Of a DNA stretch of 64,000 nucleotides, positions 1 through 13,380 are shown in pieces. The notes under the pieces were generated by a model. It saw only the letters and a program-made list of their open reading frames with translations, did no database searches and was not told where the DNA came from. The DNA comes from Octopus sinensis (Eukaryota): contig NC_043004.1 in assembly GCF_006345805.1 (NCBI RefSeq), forward strand, positions 40,610,001 to 40,674,000, in the 5' to 3' direction. Both the position numbers and the translations under genes were made by a program. Numbering within the stretch: position 1 is the first letter of the stretch; each line of letters begins with the position of its first letter.

Positions 1-652
1 TACAGCTGGATGTCCTTCCTAATGCCAACCACTCCTAGAGTGTAGTGGGTGCTTTTTACGTGCCACTGGCATGGGGGCCAGTCAGGCGGTACTGGCAATG
101 ACCTCGCTCGAATCCTTTTACACATGGCACCAGCACAGGTGCCAGTGAGGCGACTTTGGTAACGATCACACTCGAATGGTGCCCTTTTACGTATCACTGG
201 CACAGAAGCCAGTTGGCTGCTCTGGCAATGATCACGTTCGGACAGTGCTCTTGGCACCCTACTAGCACAGGCACAAGTGCCAGTAAGGTGATGCTGGTAA
301 CGATCATGCTTGAAAGGTGCCAATTAAGTGCCAATGGCACGGAAGCCGGTTAGCCGCTCTGTCAATGATCACACTCGAATGGTGCTCTTTGCACCCTGCT
401 AGCACGGACACCAGTCATCGAATTTGATTTTGATTTTGATTTTGCTTTTGATTGATTTCACTTGCCTCAACAGGTCTTCGCAAGCAGAGTTTTAGTGTCC
501 AAAGAAGGAAAAGGTACGCATAAGTGGGCTGGTTACGCCCCTGGCATAGGCCATGGGATTATGGTTTCATTTGGTTTGCCAGGTCTTCTCACGCACAGCA
601 TATTTCCAAAGGTCTCGGTCTCTAGTCATTTCCTTGGTGAGGCCTAAAGTTC
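1..652 (-). mobile_element. RTE-clade LINE 3' end (ORF C-terminus plus 3' UTR), runs off window edge
   Basis: Reverse complement matches 26859-27482; minus strand near 575-652 encodes TLGLTKEMTRDRDLWKYAVREKT, an RTE-type C-terminus. Confidence 0.85.
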
Positions 653-967
653 AAATAATGTATAAATGTTAATAGAGTTCATGGACAATGGTGCACAAAT
701 GAGCTGGGAGGCTGAGGGAGAAAAAAACTGGATACAAGAAGGTGTTGATATAAGAGGGAATACTGAGCTGGTAGAGAGGTATACATTGCTTATAGCAAAT
801 GCCAGTTAATTAAAGAATTACCATGAGGATGGTCAAAACTTCGAAGTCACAGTCAACAACATTCTTGTCTAAGAATATTAGATTTGTACTTTATTAAAGT
901 ATAATATAAACCATCAAATTAATGTAAAACTGTTTTTATGATAACTGAACATAAAAAACGAACACTA

Positions 968-1600
968 ATGTGTGTGTGTATGTGTGTGAATGTGTGTGTT
1001 TGTGTGCATGTGTGTGTGCGTGTGTGTGCATATACATATATAGATATAAATATAATATATATTTGTGTGTGTGTGTGCGTGTACGTATATGTATACACAC
1101 ATATATACATGTGCGTGTACGTATATGTATACACACATATATACACGATTGTGATAATCACACTGATGACGACAACAATGATGATATTGCAGACAATGTT
1201 GTAGATTAGCTCATAATCTTGGATATTAATTCATGTTTATATTTGCTTCGATTCAGACAAAGTAAATGTAATATATAAGATAAATAAAGTATAAGACTGG
1301 ATGAATGCAGAAATGGAAGGGCAGAGGGATGGATGGATAGAGAGACAAACAGACAGTCGGATAGTCCAACAGAAAGATGGACAGAGGGACGGATGGATGG
1401 ATGGACGAACGGACAGATGGACGGATGGATAGACAGACAGATGGATGGATGGATAGATGGATAGATAGAGACATAGCAAGATAATTAGATAAATAGACAG
1501 ACACAGACATATAGATAGATAGAAAGAGACAGAGAGAGTGTTAGAGAGAGCCAGACAGACAGAAAAACAGTCAGACAAGCAGACAGATAGACAGATATAC
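968..1600. repeat. Compound microsatellites (TG/TA)n then (GATG/GACA/GATA)n
   Basis: Direct reading. Confidence 0.9.
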
Positions 1601-1844
1601 AGCTCCTTCTATTAGACTATCACCAACCATACTTGTTTCATAACATTTGTTTCTGCACTTAAAATTTTTATTTCATTTTCCTCTGCCTGCCTATCTTGAT
1701 AAAGAGCAAATTGCCCGAAATATCAATATCTCTTCCTGTGCCTTTTGGCTGCCTACTAGTAGCATCAGGCATTGATTTTTATTTAAATTACCTTTGTATT
1801 TTTGTTTATTTTTTTACCACCAATAATGATTATATCCAATAAAA

Positions 1845-2150
1845 CAACTACCATCTTCACTGCAGCAACTACTGCTACCATCACTACCACCATCACCACT
1901 AGCATCACCATCACCCTTGCAATCAAAAGCACCACCACCACTACCACCATTAATGTCACCCACAGCAACTCCTTCGGCATAGTGACCTTATCATCAACAC
2001 TACGCTAACAACACCTTCATCACCACTCTGAGTGCAACTTCCACCACCACTACCATCATCAACACCAACACCATCACCAACGCCGCCACTACCACCACCA
2101 CCAGCACCACCACTGCTACCACCACCACCGACATTACCACCACCAACATC
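1845..2150. repeat. Degenerate (CAC/CAT)n trinucleotide tract
   Basis: Direct reading. Confidence 0.85.
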
Positions 2151-3095
2151 AAGAGTAAAATCATCAGCTCTATTATTTCTTATTTCCACCACATAATTTG
2201 TGTTTGTTTTTTTTTTGTTTATTTATTTGCTTGTTTGTTTGTTTTTGTTTTTGTCTTGCCCTTCAAGCCCTTTCTCTTCACCATAATTCATTTACAGAAT
2301 TAAATTTGATGATAAATCTTATCTTCTCTATTTTTGCAATTTCCAAATGCTATTTTTGGAAATAAACTGAATTAAAGTGAAAGAGGTTTAGAGCATGATT
2401 GGGTTAGCAGTTGTGTTGAGTGGTGGTTTTGGGTGGTGGGAGAGGAGTTCAGAATAGTTATGTTCGCAGTTGCGTGTAATGGGAGGTGGGAATGTCGTTA
2501 TTTTAGATGTGCCAATATTTTAAAGTACTGTAAATTTGATAAATGGTTTAATTTCCTTGCTAAGAGCTTTGCACATGCGTTAATAATTATGTGGGATTAT
2601 ATTGGCTGATATGCCTCAGAAAAACAAATATTGTTAGGATTATAAATGAGTATGTCTTCAGAATAACTAGGAAGCCCTGAGTTGAGGAATTCATAAGCTG
2701 AGAGTGAGAAAGAGATGAGAGAGTGAAATGACTTTAAGGGGCAGTAAGCCAAATATTTTATGAACTAAAGGATCCATTATCTGAAGGAACCACAAGTCAA
2801 AAGAACAAGGCAAGGAAGCTAAGAGCTGAGGGAGCCCTGAGCTGAGAGGGTCAAAAGCTAACAAGGAAGCAATATTTAAGGGAGTAACCGGCTGAGGAAT
2901 CAACCAGCTAAGGGAGTCACATTCCAAGGGAGTGACAAACCAGGGAAGCATAAACTCGAGGGAGCCTTGATTTAAGAGGGCCTAGAGCTAACAAAGAAGT
3001 ATGATGGAATTGAAGGTTTAGATACCTGTGGAGTGTCTCCTTCTCCCATTATAATTGCTTCTGTAGTCTTGAGGAGCTGGAATGGGTCACTGATT

Positions 3096-4240
3096 TGTGA
3101 CAGCCGTGTGGCTCCTTAGTTCATCACATGGCCGAGACAATAAATATAAATAGAACAATGCATATATGTGCCAGAGGGAAATAAGAGACACAACCGGGTA
3201 GAATGTTTAAGAGGAGATTTATGGATATGTTAACATGTGTGATTGTGTGTGCGTCATATATACAGAATAATAGACAGGCCATCATAAGAATGAGATGTAT
3301 GCATGTGTATGTAGGCATAGACGTATGCACATTAAGAACATACAAGGATGGCGATGAAGAAGACACAGTGAAAGAGTCTGTAGCCATCGAAGTGAGGACT
3401 AAGTTCATAGACACAAGAATGATAAACACCAGTTTGCAGTCAATTGTACACGATAGTTGAAATACTGTATCAAGAAGTTGTGGCGATGATGCAGAGCTGG
3501 TTGCAGTACATGCCGTACGTGAAGTTATGGCTGTGATGCTGCTGCCTGGGTCACTTGGAACAGGAGTTCTCACAGGTTGTATATTCGCTGTTGATCCATG
3601 GTGAAGCAGTTCATGAACAGTGCAGTTTTGTAACCTGGGTGAGTACGTAGAGAGATGTTGAGGTTAGGACAAATGGTGGCAACAGAGATGGAGGTCACAG
3701 AATGCTGCTGGACGAAGTTGATGAGTCTCTATGTGGCTGCTGTTTCTGTTGTTGCTGGAACTGGCAGTGCCTTGTGTGGTCAGTGGCTAGACCTTAAAAG
3801 GTCTGAAAGCAAAGACATCGAGACAAGGAAACGTTAGGTTTTTTATAAGGAGGTATAGGCTCAGCTGAGGTAGAAAACAGGTTGTTACACATGACCTTAT
3901 TTGAAGGCTGCAATTGGTAGGGTTGCATATTGGCACTTGATAGAGCAAGGGACAAATTGCGCCAATACCAACCAATCAGAGTAGTGGACACAATAGGGTC
4001 CAAAATGTGGTCAAAGGCTAGCTGTTATCTACTACATTCGTATGTATGTATATATAATAGAGAGGAGAGGAATTTCACTCAAGTGTACACTACAGAAGCA
4101 ATAGTTAAAGGTATAACCATCTGAGAAGCCAGCCAACCAAGAGGGCCACATGCTAAGAAGGGAGCCAAGAATCAATAAGAGAAACCTCTATGTAGCATAT
4201 TAACTTGCGAGAAAGAGCAGTCATAACCCAAAAAATCACA
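3096..4240 (-). mobile_element. Possible decayed LTR with adjacent primer-binding-site remnant
   Basis: TGTGA (3096) ... TCACA (4240) termini; minus strand has ATTGG boxes and TATAAAA; just 3' of it on minus is AATCAGTGACCC, resembling a Gypsy-type TGGTGACC PBS. No second LTR or pol seen. Confidence 0.35.
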
Positions 4241-4607
4241 TCATATCCGAATGGTTATAATAATAATAATAATAATGATAAAAATAAAAAAATAATATAG
4301 ATCAGGTATATGAAAAGAAGGGTTGGACATGGCTGGAATAACCTTGATAATAGGTCTGATGTGGAAATAAACAATAACAACTATAGTTATACAAAGCTAT
4401 ATTAGATTCCCTGAGAAGCAAAGATGAATATTGAGAATTGGACATTAGAGGAGAAATGAGGTGAAACAGAGTAATCATCGTCATTATTGTCCTCACTGTT
4501 GAAGTCATCCCACTACCACCACCACCAACAACAACAACAACACCATCACCGTCGTCGTCGTCATCATAGCTATCATTGTCGTCGCCATCATCATCATCAT
4601 CAACATT

Positions 4608-4651
<44 letters not shown>

Positions 4652-5221
4652 TTCATGTTTTTTCCCAATAATTTTTGAGAGACTAGAGTCCTATCCAGAG
4701 TGGATATATTTCTCTTTTCTATTTGACTGTATGATAACTATGAGTTGAGCACATTACAATTCAAAACAAAATTAGCATGAGTCAGAAGCAGAGATTCTAT
4801 ATAGTTTCTCAGTTTTCTAGTAATAGCAGCCAAAGCTCTCTCAAATCACATCTTAACATCTTTAAAAAAAACTAATTATTATTATTATTATTAAATTCAA
4901 TAGTATATAAAGAAAAAAACAAAAAACTTTTCACTACCTATACTATAATATTTTACGTTATAAACTATTTCACAAAACAACTACAAATAATACTTTTTAA
5001 TTATTTGTGAATATATTGTTGAAATATATACAAAATACTATTGCAGGGTTGTAGCTGCCAAGTTGTTGATATAAGATATATTATAAGTCTACACATGTTT
5101 TGTATAGAGTTTAGTACATAGTTAGTATCGGATCAAATTAGATGTTTATTTAATTAATAAATTAGTATATAATTTATTTAAATAATAAATATAGATTAAA
5201 TTATAGTAATTTAGCTTAACT

Positions 5222-5638
5222 CTCTTTTCTCTTTTACTCTTTTACTTGTTTCAGTCATTTGACTGCGGCCATGCTGGAGCACCGCCTTTTTTTAGTCGAG
5301 CAAATCGACCCCGGGACTTATTCTTTGTAAGCCCAGTACTTATTCTATCGGTCTCTTTTGCCGAACCGCTAAGTGACGGGGACGTAAACACACCAGCATC
5401 GGTTGTCAAGCAATGCTAGGGGGACAAACACAGACACACAAACATACACACACACACATAAACATATATATATACATATATACGACAGGCTTCTTTCAGT
5501 TTCCGTCTACCAAATCCACTCACAAGGCATTGGTCGGCCCGGGGCTATAGCAGAAGACACTTACCCAAGATGCCACGCAGTAGGACTGAACCCGGAACCA
5601 TGTGGTTGGTTAGCAAGCTACTTACCACACAGCCACTC
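5222..5638 (-). mobile_element. Full-length tRNA-derived SINE, family A
   Basis: Head GGAGTGGCTGTGTGGTAAG (A box) and GGTTCAGTCC (B box), central TA/TG tract, (GTAAAAGA)n tail; CTTAACT flanks both ends (TSD). More than 10 related copies in window. Confidence 0.9.
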
Positions 5639-6325
5639 CTTAACTTTAGTATATGATTTAAGTATTTTTATTTTAATTAATTGGACTCTTAAATTTTTCC
5701 AGTAAAGTTATACTATAGTTTGTTAAAATTATTCTCAAAGCTAAAATATATCTTTACAGATAAAATACATTTTCTATCTATTTACTCTATTTTTTTACCA
5801 TAGGTTTTTAACATGATAAATGTATTATAGACACCTGGTCCTACTTTTAAGTTTCAAATTTTGTTAACGGAGTTTCTTCTATAAGAAGAATCATGTTTTT
5901 AATTCTTTAAGAAATATTGTTTAATTGTATTTGATTATGTATTTATTTAACTATTATTGTTATTATTGTTGACCTGAGGAGTGACTATACTTTTATATTG
6001 AATTGTTTTGGGATTAAATTTAAATTTAATTGTAATTCCAATTGAAGTTATAACCACAAAATGTATGTAGCCTTTTTTATTTAATATATAATGTTTATTC
6101 ATTATTTTGTACTTTTTGTGATCTAGATATATGTTTTATAATATATTTTATTTTTTCTATATGGTATGGTTTATGTCTATCATTGTTTGAATTACATAAT
6201 AGTGTTTTTTTCTCTAATTTATATATATATTATATATTTATATTGTGAAATTTGATTTAATACTAAATTGAATTTTTCCCTGTAAGTTTGGAGTTATACT
6301 CCCTAATATTATTATTATTATTATG

Positions 6326-6364
<39 letters not shown>

Positions 6365-6369
<5 letters not shown>

Positions 6370-6612
6370 TTGTGTTTCTTTGCTCTTTGTCTTGACATTG
6401 CATAATGGTTGTAAATTAATCATTACCATCATGCAAGCAGTATCATTCATTTCTAATATTCCTTGAGAACACGTCTAGCCATAGAGAAAGATTACTTTCC
6501 TTGGAAAGGTGAAGGCTGGCAACAGGAGGGGCATCCACCCATAGAAAATCTCTCTTAAATAAACTCCATCTAACCCATGCACGCACGGAAAAGTGGATGT
6601 GAAAATGATGAA
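6365..6612 (+). mobile_element. SINE-like fragment with RTE-like 3' tail; related copy at 42830-43045
   Basis: Ends in GGGCATCC...AACCCATGC...GGAAAAGTGGATGT(GAT)n like the RTE tails; the upstream part is shared with 42830-43045. Confidence 0.55.
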
Positions 6613-7069
6613 TAACGAATATCCAAAGGTTGGTCAGTGGTTAACCAAAAGATACACTGACCTATTTGTTAAGTGTCAGAAAAAAAAGAAGAAGAAAAGA
6701 AACCATACCAATTTTGCTTTGACTTAGAGCAAAATGAGATACTCCAATCTTAGAATATAGGCTCTTTTGGTTTGGGTGTTGGAATGTGAGAAAATATGGT
6801 TTATTTCACAAATATGAAAAGCTTTCAAAACAATTTTGATTCCTCAGCTGCGATTATTGTGCTTGACATGAGAATCGTTCATATCATCTGAACTCTGGGA
6901 GTCACGGCAAAAGCATTCTGGTCACGATTCCTGTTACATATTTGCAGAAAATTGTTTTAACATTATTATTTTTCATCTTTCAGAATCTGGTCTAATCTCC
7001 CAGACAACAAATCCAAGATTCTTTGGATGATTTGGAGAAATAATGGAAAAATTTTATGCATAGAGGAAA

Positions 7070-7793
7070 TGATGATGGTTGCAATGACGATGTTGGTGGT
7101 GGTGGTGGTGGTGGTGGTGGTGGTGGTGGCAGTGGCAGTGGTGACGGCGCCAGTCGTGGTGATGATGGTTGTAATGGTGGTGGTGGTGGTGGTGGTGGTG
7201 GTGGTGGTGGAGGCGGTGGCAGATGTGGTGGTGGTGATGGTGATGATGGTGATTGCCCTTGAGGTCAGATTGAGAAAGCTTGCTAGCTATATAATACCAC
7301 TGTGGTGCAAGTATAAAGGTATTGAGAACTGTCACTGAAGCATTTCCTGTTATTCCTATTCCTTTTATCCCGAGGAAGGAGTTAATGTATTAAATATTAA
7401 ATGGAAGTGTATATTATTCATTGGGTTCAGAGGAGTGACACCTCTTGCTTGCAAAGTCTCATTCATATTCTGGTAAACACTGATGAGGAGGATGTGAGGA
7501 TGTGAGGAGAGAGAGAAAGAAGAAGGAAAAGAGGCGTTGGTGGTGGTGGAGGACGACGACGACGAAGAAGGAGAAGGAGAAGGAAGAGGAGGAGGAGAAG
7601 AAGAAGAAGAAGAAGAAGAAGAAGAAGGAGAAGGAGGAGGAGAAGAAGAAGAAGAAGAAGAAGAAGAAGAAGAAGAAGAAGAAGAAGAAAGAAGAAGAAG
7701 AAGAAGAAGAAGAATGAGGAGGAAGAGAATGGCCAGGTTTAGCCTTTTTGAAAATTTTAGATAAATGGTAGAGGAATAATAATAATAATAATG

Positions 7794-7841
<48 letters not shown>

Positions 7842-7865
7842 TAAATATAAATAAATAAATAAATA
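7070..7865. repeat. (GGT)n, (GAA)n and (TAA)n microsatellite cluster
   Basis: Direct reading; source of the poly-V/G/E/K/Y ORFs. Confidence 0.95.
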
Positions 7866-8719
7866 AATGAATAATACTTTTTGCAGAAACCATCGTTCAA
7901 ATTTGACCAACAAACCCAGACACAATGAATCTTCTGACTGCTTTTTTTTACTTTTTTGTCTCCGGTTCCCTTCCTCCTACTCACCAAACCAAGATATTAT
8001 TATCACACAGCAGCAGCAGGAAGCAATATTATATGAAAGATATTGCTATATACGATAATATAGAATAGTAATGGTATTTAATAAGTCTTTCTTCTTTTGA
8101 CAGACAGCTCATTTGATTATCCTGAAACTTGCCAAGTCTGTGAATAATGGCTCATTTTCAGAAAGGTACCAACATACATTTATGTACATTTGGTGTTTTC
8201 TTTTTTGCTCCTTTTTTTTTTTTGGCATTCTTGATTTGTGTCTTTTTACTGTTTTTTGTATTTTTGTTATTTTTTATGGACAATTGTCAGAGGAAAGGAG
8301 TCATTACATAGAGAAAAGAAAAATCTAAAAAAAAATTAACTGAGGATGAAAACAAACAAAAAAAAATAACATTTAGTGAAGGAAACATTACAGCTGAAAG
8401 TAACAGCCAATCAGATGCTGTAATTACAGTACAAGAAATGGTGTTCTTTGTAATTTATACATTTATATAAACAGATACTCCAATAGTAAGATTTATGAGT
8501 TTATATACACAATCACAGACACTCATACATATATATATATATATATGTGTGTGCGTGTGTGTGTTTGTGATAGTGTGATAATCAGCTTGCACAACAGGAC
8601 AATGTTTTCATGTGTCATCAACTGGCGATCCCAAAAGTTTCAGCCCCTTCTGTTGCAACGCTCCTTCCAACAGTGCCAAGCAACATTGATGTTATCAGAG
8701 AATGTCCAAAACCTAATCA

Positions 8720-9000
8720 ATAAGAAGCTTTCTTCCCAACCTCATGGTTTCAGGTTCAGTCCCTTTGTGTGGCACCATGGGCAAGTGTCTTCTACTATAG
8801 CCTTGGGCCAATCAAAAGCCTTGTGATAGACAGAAACTGAAAGAAGCCTGTCATATATATGTATATAACTATGTGTGTGTCTTTGTGTCTGTGTTTGTTC
8901 CCCTCAGTCACTGCTTGACAACCAGTATTGGTACGTTTATGTCCCTGTAACTTAGCGATTCAGCAAAAGAGACCAATAGAATAAGTACTAAGCTTAAAAA
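8720..9000 (+). mobile_element. SINE family A, diverged partial copy
   Basis: GGTTCAGTCCC...GGGCAAGTGTCTTCTACTATAGCC...GAATAAGTACT matches other copies. Confidence 0.8.
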
Positions 9001-9521
9001 GCCCTAATTACTGGGATTGAACAGTCAAAATTTCAAAGCTTTGAAACAATAAACAATTAAATCAAAAACATTATGAATAAACAAGAATTTACATTTGACA
9101 GGGTAATCTGAATGTTATAAAGAGACTCACTCAAAACTTGGTTCTACTAACACACATACTCTACATGAAATAACGTGTGCGCTATAAGCTCATACTCCAA
9201 TGATATGTATCATCTACATCAATGGCAATCAGCAGAGTCATTCCAGCCTCACCAACTGCTATTGGCTAGGGTAAAAATTATATTAACCAAATCGTTTCGC
9301 TCAATGAGCTTGACTAAAATCTCTGCACAAAACAACTACATCTAATGTCAAGACAATATAAGTAAATTTTGTTATACTTCACTAAGTAGGTATTGAGTTC
9401 TTTATTGTAGTTTGTAGTTTTTACTAGTAAGCATATTCTAGGAATGTGTGTACATGTGTGTGTGCGTGTGTGTGAGTATGGTATGTATATATGTGTGTTT
9501 GTGTATATATATATATATATA

Positions 9522-9567
<46 letters not shown>

Positions 9568-9606
9568 TATTGTGTATATATATGTATATATGTGTGTGCG
9601 TGTGTA

Positions 9607-10495
9607 TTTCTTATTTCTCATTTTGTTCACGTTTCTTGACGTCCTATACCTATATATGCATGTCTATATACATATATATATGTAGGTATGTACATATATA
9701 TATGTATATATGCATATATTTATATATTATTTATATTATTATATGATTGAACGCCATGCATCCATTTCCAAGTAAGTTTTATCTTAATAATTCCAATGCA
9801 CACTCTACATCCTATCTCTATTCTATCACCGTCTCTTGTTCTTCTTCCTTTCTGTTTTTCTCTCCTACCCTTTCTCTAATTCTTCTCCTCTCTCCTTCAC
9901 CATTCCCTTTCTCTCTCTGTCTCACACTTCCTCCTTGACTCTCTTGTTGCTCACACATGACCAACAGCTATCTATCTTTCTTTCTTCCACTTCCTTCCTA
10001 AAGACAAGATGTCCTTTTGCCTGTCTCTTCTCAAAGCTCATTTTTCCAGCATTCACCACTTCACCTCATTTTGGCTTAACCACCCTCACCATTTGGTTTT
10101 ATTGTTTTGTTCTTACTGTCCTGTTTTTGTTACCACTTTAACTCTCTGCAAAAAATCCCAAATTTTATTTCATTTGCTTTGTGGGAAGGAGTGTTTTAAT
10201 GAAGTCATATCTTGTCCCTACCTTTGCGATGCGGAGTAGATAAAACAGGGGACAACTGATGAAGGGAATGTTCTTTATGTTGCTTGTCTTGTTTCTCATT
10301 TTGTTTCTTTTGTTGTTCGGGAAAAAGTTTGTTTTCTATGTTTTTGCTTTTTATGTTCTCATTTCTCATTTTGTTCACGTTTTTTTTGACGTCTTGTACC
10401 CATAAATGCCTGTATATATACATATATATGTAGGTATTTACATAAATGTATGTATATATGGATATATTTATATATTATTTATATTATTATATGTA
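9607..10495 (+). mobile_element. Penelope-like element remnant in partial-tandem (pLTR) arrangement
   Basis: 9607-9745 is repeated at ~10355-10495; between them a decayed frame ends KLIFPAFTTSPHFGL, resembling PLE GIY-YIG C-termini; related terminus at 53925-54535. Confidence 0.55.
10185..10262 (+). ncRNA. Degenerate pseudoknotted hammerhead-like motif
   Basis: Helices GAAGG/CCTTT, TGTTTTA/TAAAACA, TAT/ATG, TTGTCCC/GGGACAA; CTGATGA at 10256-10262; GAAA decayed to GCGA. Confidence 0.5.
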
Positions 10496-11041
10496 TTTAT
10501 GTACGTATGTATACATATATGCACACACAAATACACACTCACACACATTTACATCAAATACAATAAACTTTATTCAGTTTCCTAGACAGGAAAAATTATC
10601 ACTATAATATTTTTCTATTACATTTTGTTATGAGTCAGGTTGTTGTTGTCATAAGATATGAGGATAACAAGAGTAAAGTTGTTGCTGTCGCTGTTGCTGA
10701 GATGGTGGTGGTGATAACGGTGGCAGTAGTAGTAGCCGCAACAGCAGTAACAGTGGGAAGGAGTGGTGGTTATGGAAAAATATAAAAGATGGGTGGGTGA
10801 CTAACCACTGAAATATTGCCAAATATAATTTTGTACTTTATAATTTTATAATTTAACGCTCGATAGACACAGTAGATATATATATATATATAAAGAACAA
10901 TGATAAAATATCAAAAACTGTGCTGAAGCCTTCCAAATGTCTGTTTCTGTTTGGGGAGATGAGGGGAGATTTAAACTGTCATAGGATTTAACAGCAGACT
11001 AGTAGTAGTGGTGGTGGTGGTGGTGGTGGTGGTGGTGGTGT

Positions 11042-11073
<32 letters not shown>

Positions 11074-11129
11074 CAAACACCATCGTTGCCACTGGAGCAG
11101 CAGCAGCAGCAGTAGCAGCAGGAGGAGGA

Positions 11130-11750
11130 GATGCATTTGTAATCTACTGGTTGTCAAAATGTGTTGGTGAGTGGATTTCTGGCAATGGACTAAATGGCCG
11201 CTTTAGAAAGTAAATTGAAAACGTTTTTTAATGTTTCTGTATACATACAGCAGCAAAACCATCCAAGATGTATGTGAGAAGCACTTTAAAAATGTGGGTC
11301 ACACTTGAACCTTGAACATAATCAATAACTGAATGGAGTTGAAGTATTTTATGAGCCTGAAGACAAAATTAGTCTTTGAGACACAGTTTTGTTGATGCTA
11401 TATATTTCCAAGATTGCTATGAAAGATTATCAACGATTATGCTGTTTTGCATCTGTTGCAGTTCTGAGGCTTTCAGCAGTGTGTTAGACAGGAAAGCATC
11501 GATGCAAGGGAAATGAAACAGATGGAGCCTGTAGAAGAGCACCTTTTCCAGACATGAATGGAGGCTTTACTTGCACCAAAGGTGACAATATTGATTTCAT
11601 CAAGAATCCCATGAGCAATAAGCTATTGATATCTGATGTAGTAGAACAGATCTCCAATAGATTCGGTTTATCAAAAACCAAATTGGCAGACAGTGAGACT
11701 GGCCAGAGATTTGATGTGAATAAAAAAAGTGATTGTTTACAGTTGTTTAT
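11130..11750 (+). pseudogene. Highly decayed hAT-type transposase fragment (tentative)
   Basis: Broken frames give YWLSK, FLAMD*MAALESK and FIKNP, resembling the hAT RWLS and downstream motifs. Confidence 0.3.
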
Positions 11751-11924
11751 ATCATGACTAAGATGTTAAAAGTGAGAGCAATGATTCAGTAGCTGGCTAG
11801 GTGAGAGGTGAACAAAGAACAGGAAAAATTGGATGACTGAATAAGTAGAGGGTAAGACATAATGAATGGATGGATGAATGGGTAAGTAGAGGGTAGGATA
11901 GAATGGCTGCCTAAATCAATTCAG

Positions 11925-12815
11925 AATAGGACAAACAAATGGAAAATAGGACAAATTGGATGGATGAATAATTAGGGAGTAACAGAAATTGGATGGTCAA
12001 ATAAGTATAGGGTAGGACAAATTAGATGACCCAATCAGTGGATGTTAGAACAAATGGGATAACTGAATAAGTAGTGTAGGACAGATTGAATGGCTGAATG
12101 AGGAAAAGGTAGGACATGTTGAGTGACCAGATAAGTAGGGAATAATACAAATTGGATGGGCAGATAGGTAGAGGGTAGGACAAATTGGATGGGCAGATAG
12201 GTAGAGGGTAGGACAAATTGGATGGGCAGATAGGTAGAGGGTAGGACAAATTGGATGGGCAAATAGGTAGAGAGTAGGACAAATTGGATGGGCAAATACA
12301 TAGAGGGTAGGACAAATTGAATGGGCAGATAGGTAGAGGGTAGGACAAATTGGATGGGCAAATAGGTAGAGGGTAGGACAAATTGGATGGGCAAATAGGT
12401 CGAGTGTAGGACAAATTGAATGGGCAGATAGGTAGAGGGTAGGACAAATTGAATGGGCAGATAGGTAGAGGGTAGGACAAATTGGATGGGAAAATAGGTA
12501 GAGGGTAGGACAAATTGAATGGGCAGATAGGTAGAGGGTAGGACAAATTGGATGGGCAAATAGGTAGAGGGTAGGACAAATTGAATGGGCAGATAGGTGG
12601 AGGGTAGGACAAATTGGATGGGAAGATAGGTAGAGGGTAGGACAAATTGGATGGGCAAATAGGTAGAGGTAGGACAAATTGGATGGGCAGATAGGTAGAG
12701 GGTAGGACAAATTGGATGGGCAGATAGGTAGAGGGTAGGACAAATTGAATGGGCAGATAGGTAGAGGGTAGGACAAATTGGATGGGCAGATAGGCAGAGG
12801 GTAGGACAAACTGGA
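11925..12815. repeat. 33-bp minisatellite GGTAGGACAAATTGGATGGGCAGATAGGTAGAG
   Basis: About 20 well-conserved units from ~12140; degenerate units on the left side. Confidence 0.95.
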
Positions 12816-12879
12816 TAACCCATTCAGTAGAGTGTAGTACAAGCTACCTTCTACCATTACTTAGTTACGTACCTTCCAT

Positions 12880-13350
12880 TCATCTTCTCTGTTCCCTATC
12901 CCTGGGAAGGTTGTCAGGGAAGGGTTCTCAGGTACCTCCTCCATAGAGCATCCTGTTAAGTAAATACCATTAGACTATCTGAATAGATTCCTAAATGTGA
13001 CCAACTGAGACAATAGATGTTATCCATCCATCTCATTCTTCTTTGATCTTTCTTTCTATCTCTTGCCAATTGGCTTGGCTTGAAGAATCCTTCTTGTGAC
13101 ATTTTTCTGCAACATTCTGGCGTTAGGAAGGGCATCCAGCTGTAGAAACACTGCCAGATCAGACTGGAGCCTGGTGCAGCCTTCTGGCTTCCCAGATCCC
13201 GGTTGAACCGTCCAACCCATGCTAGCATGGAGAATGGACTTAAACGATGATGATGATAATTCTAACCACATGTTTGCAGTCCTGGAACAGTGACTCGACC
13301 TTGAGAGATACCCTAATCTCCAAGTTACACACCCTGTTGAGCAGCATTTT
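12880..13350 (-). pseudogene. Old RTE-clade LINE C-terminal fragment (second RTE family)
   Basis: Minus frames: LLNRVCNLEIRVSLKVE...HVVRMLQKNVTRRILQAKPIGKR...RMRWMDNIYCLSWSHLGI; interrupted by 13119-13257. Confidence 0.7.
13119..13257 (+). mobile_element. 5'-truncated RTE 3' tail inserted into older RTE
   Basis: GGCGTTAGGAAGGGCATCCAGC...(GAT)n; ATTCT on both sides. Confidence 0.85.
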
Positions 13351-13380
13351 CATGAAGTGAATGACATGTGCAACTGTTGC

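Noticed and set aside
6985-7030. Plus-strand acceptor followed by SGLISQTTNPRFFG*, resembling an amidated neuropeptide end
   Set aside because: No upstream exon, cleavage site or recognisable family; plausible by chance.
9275-9320. Minus-strand GCTC-ATT-GAGC-GAAAC hammerhead-like stem II
   Set aside because: No credible CUGANGA core or stem I.
12022-12857. Long ORFs (207-270 aa) in three minus frames
   Set aside because: By-product of a stop-poor 33-bp minisatellite; the same applies to ORFs over 16987-18088.
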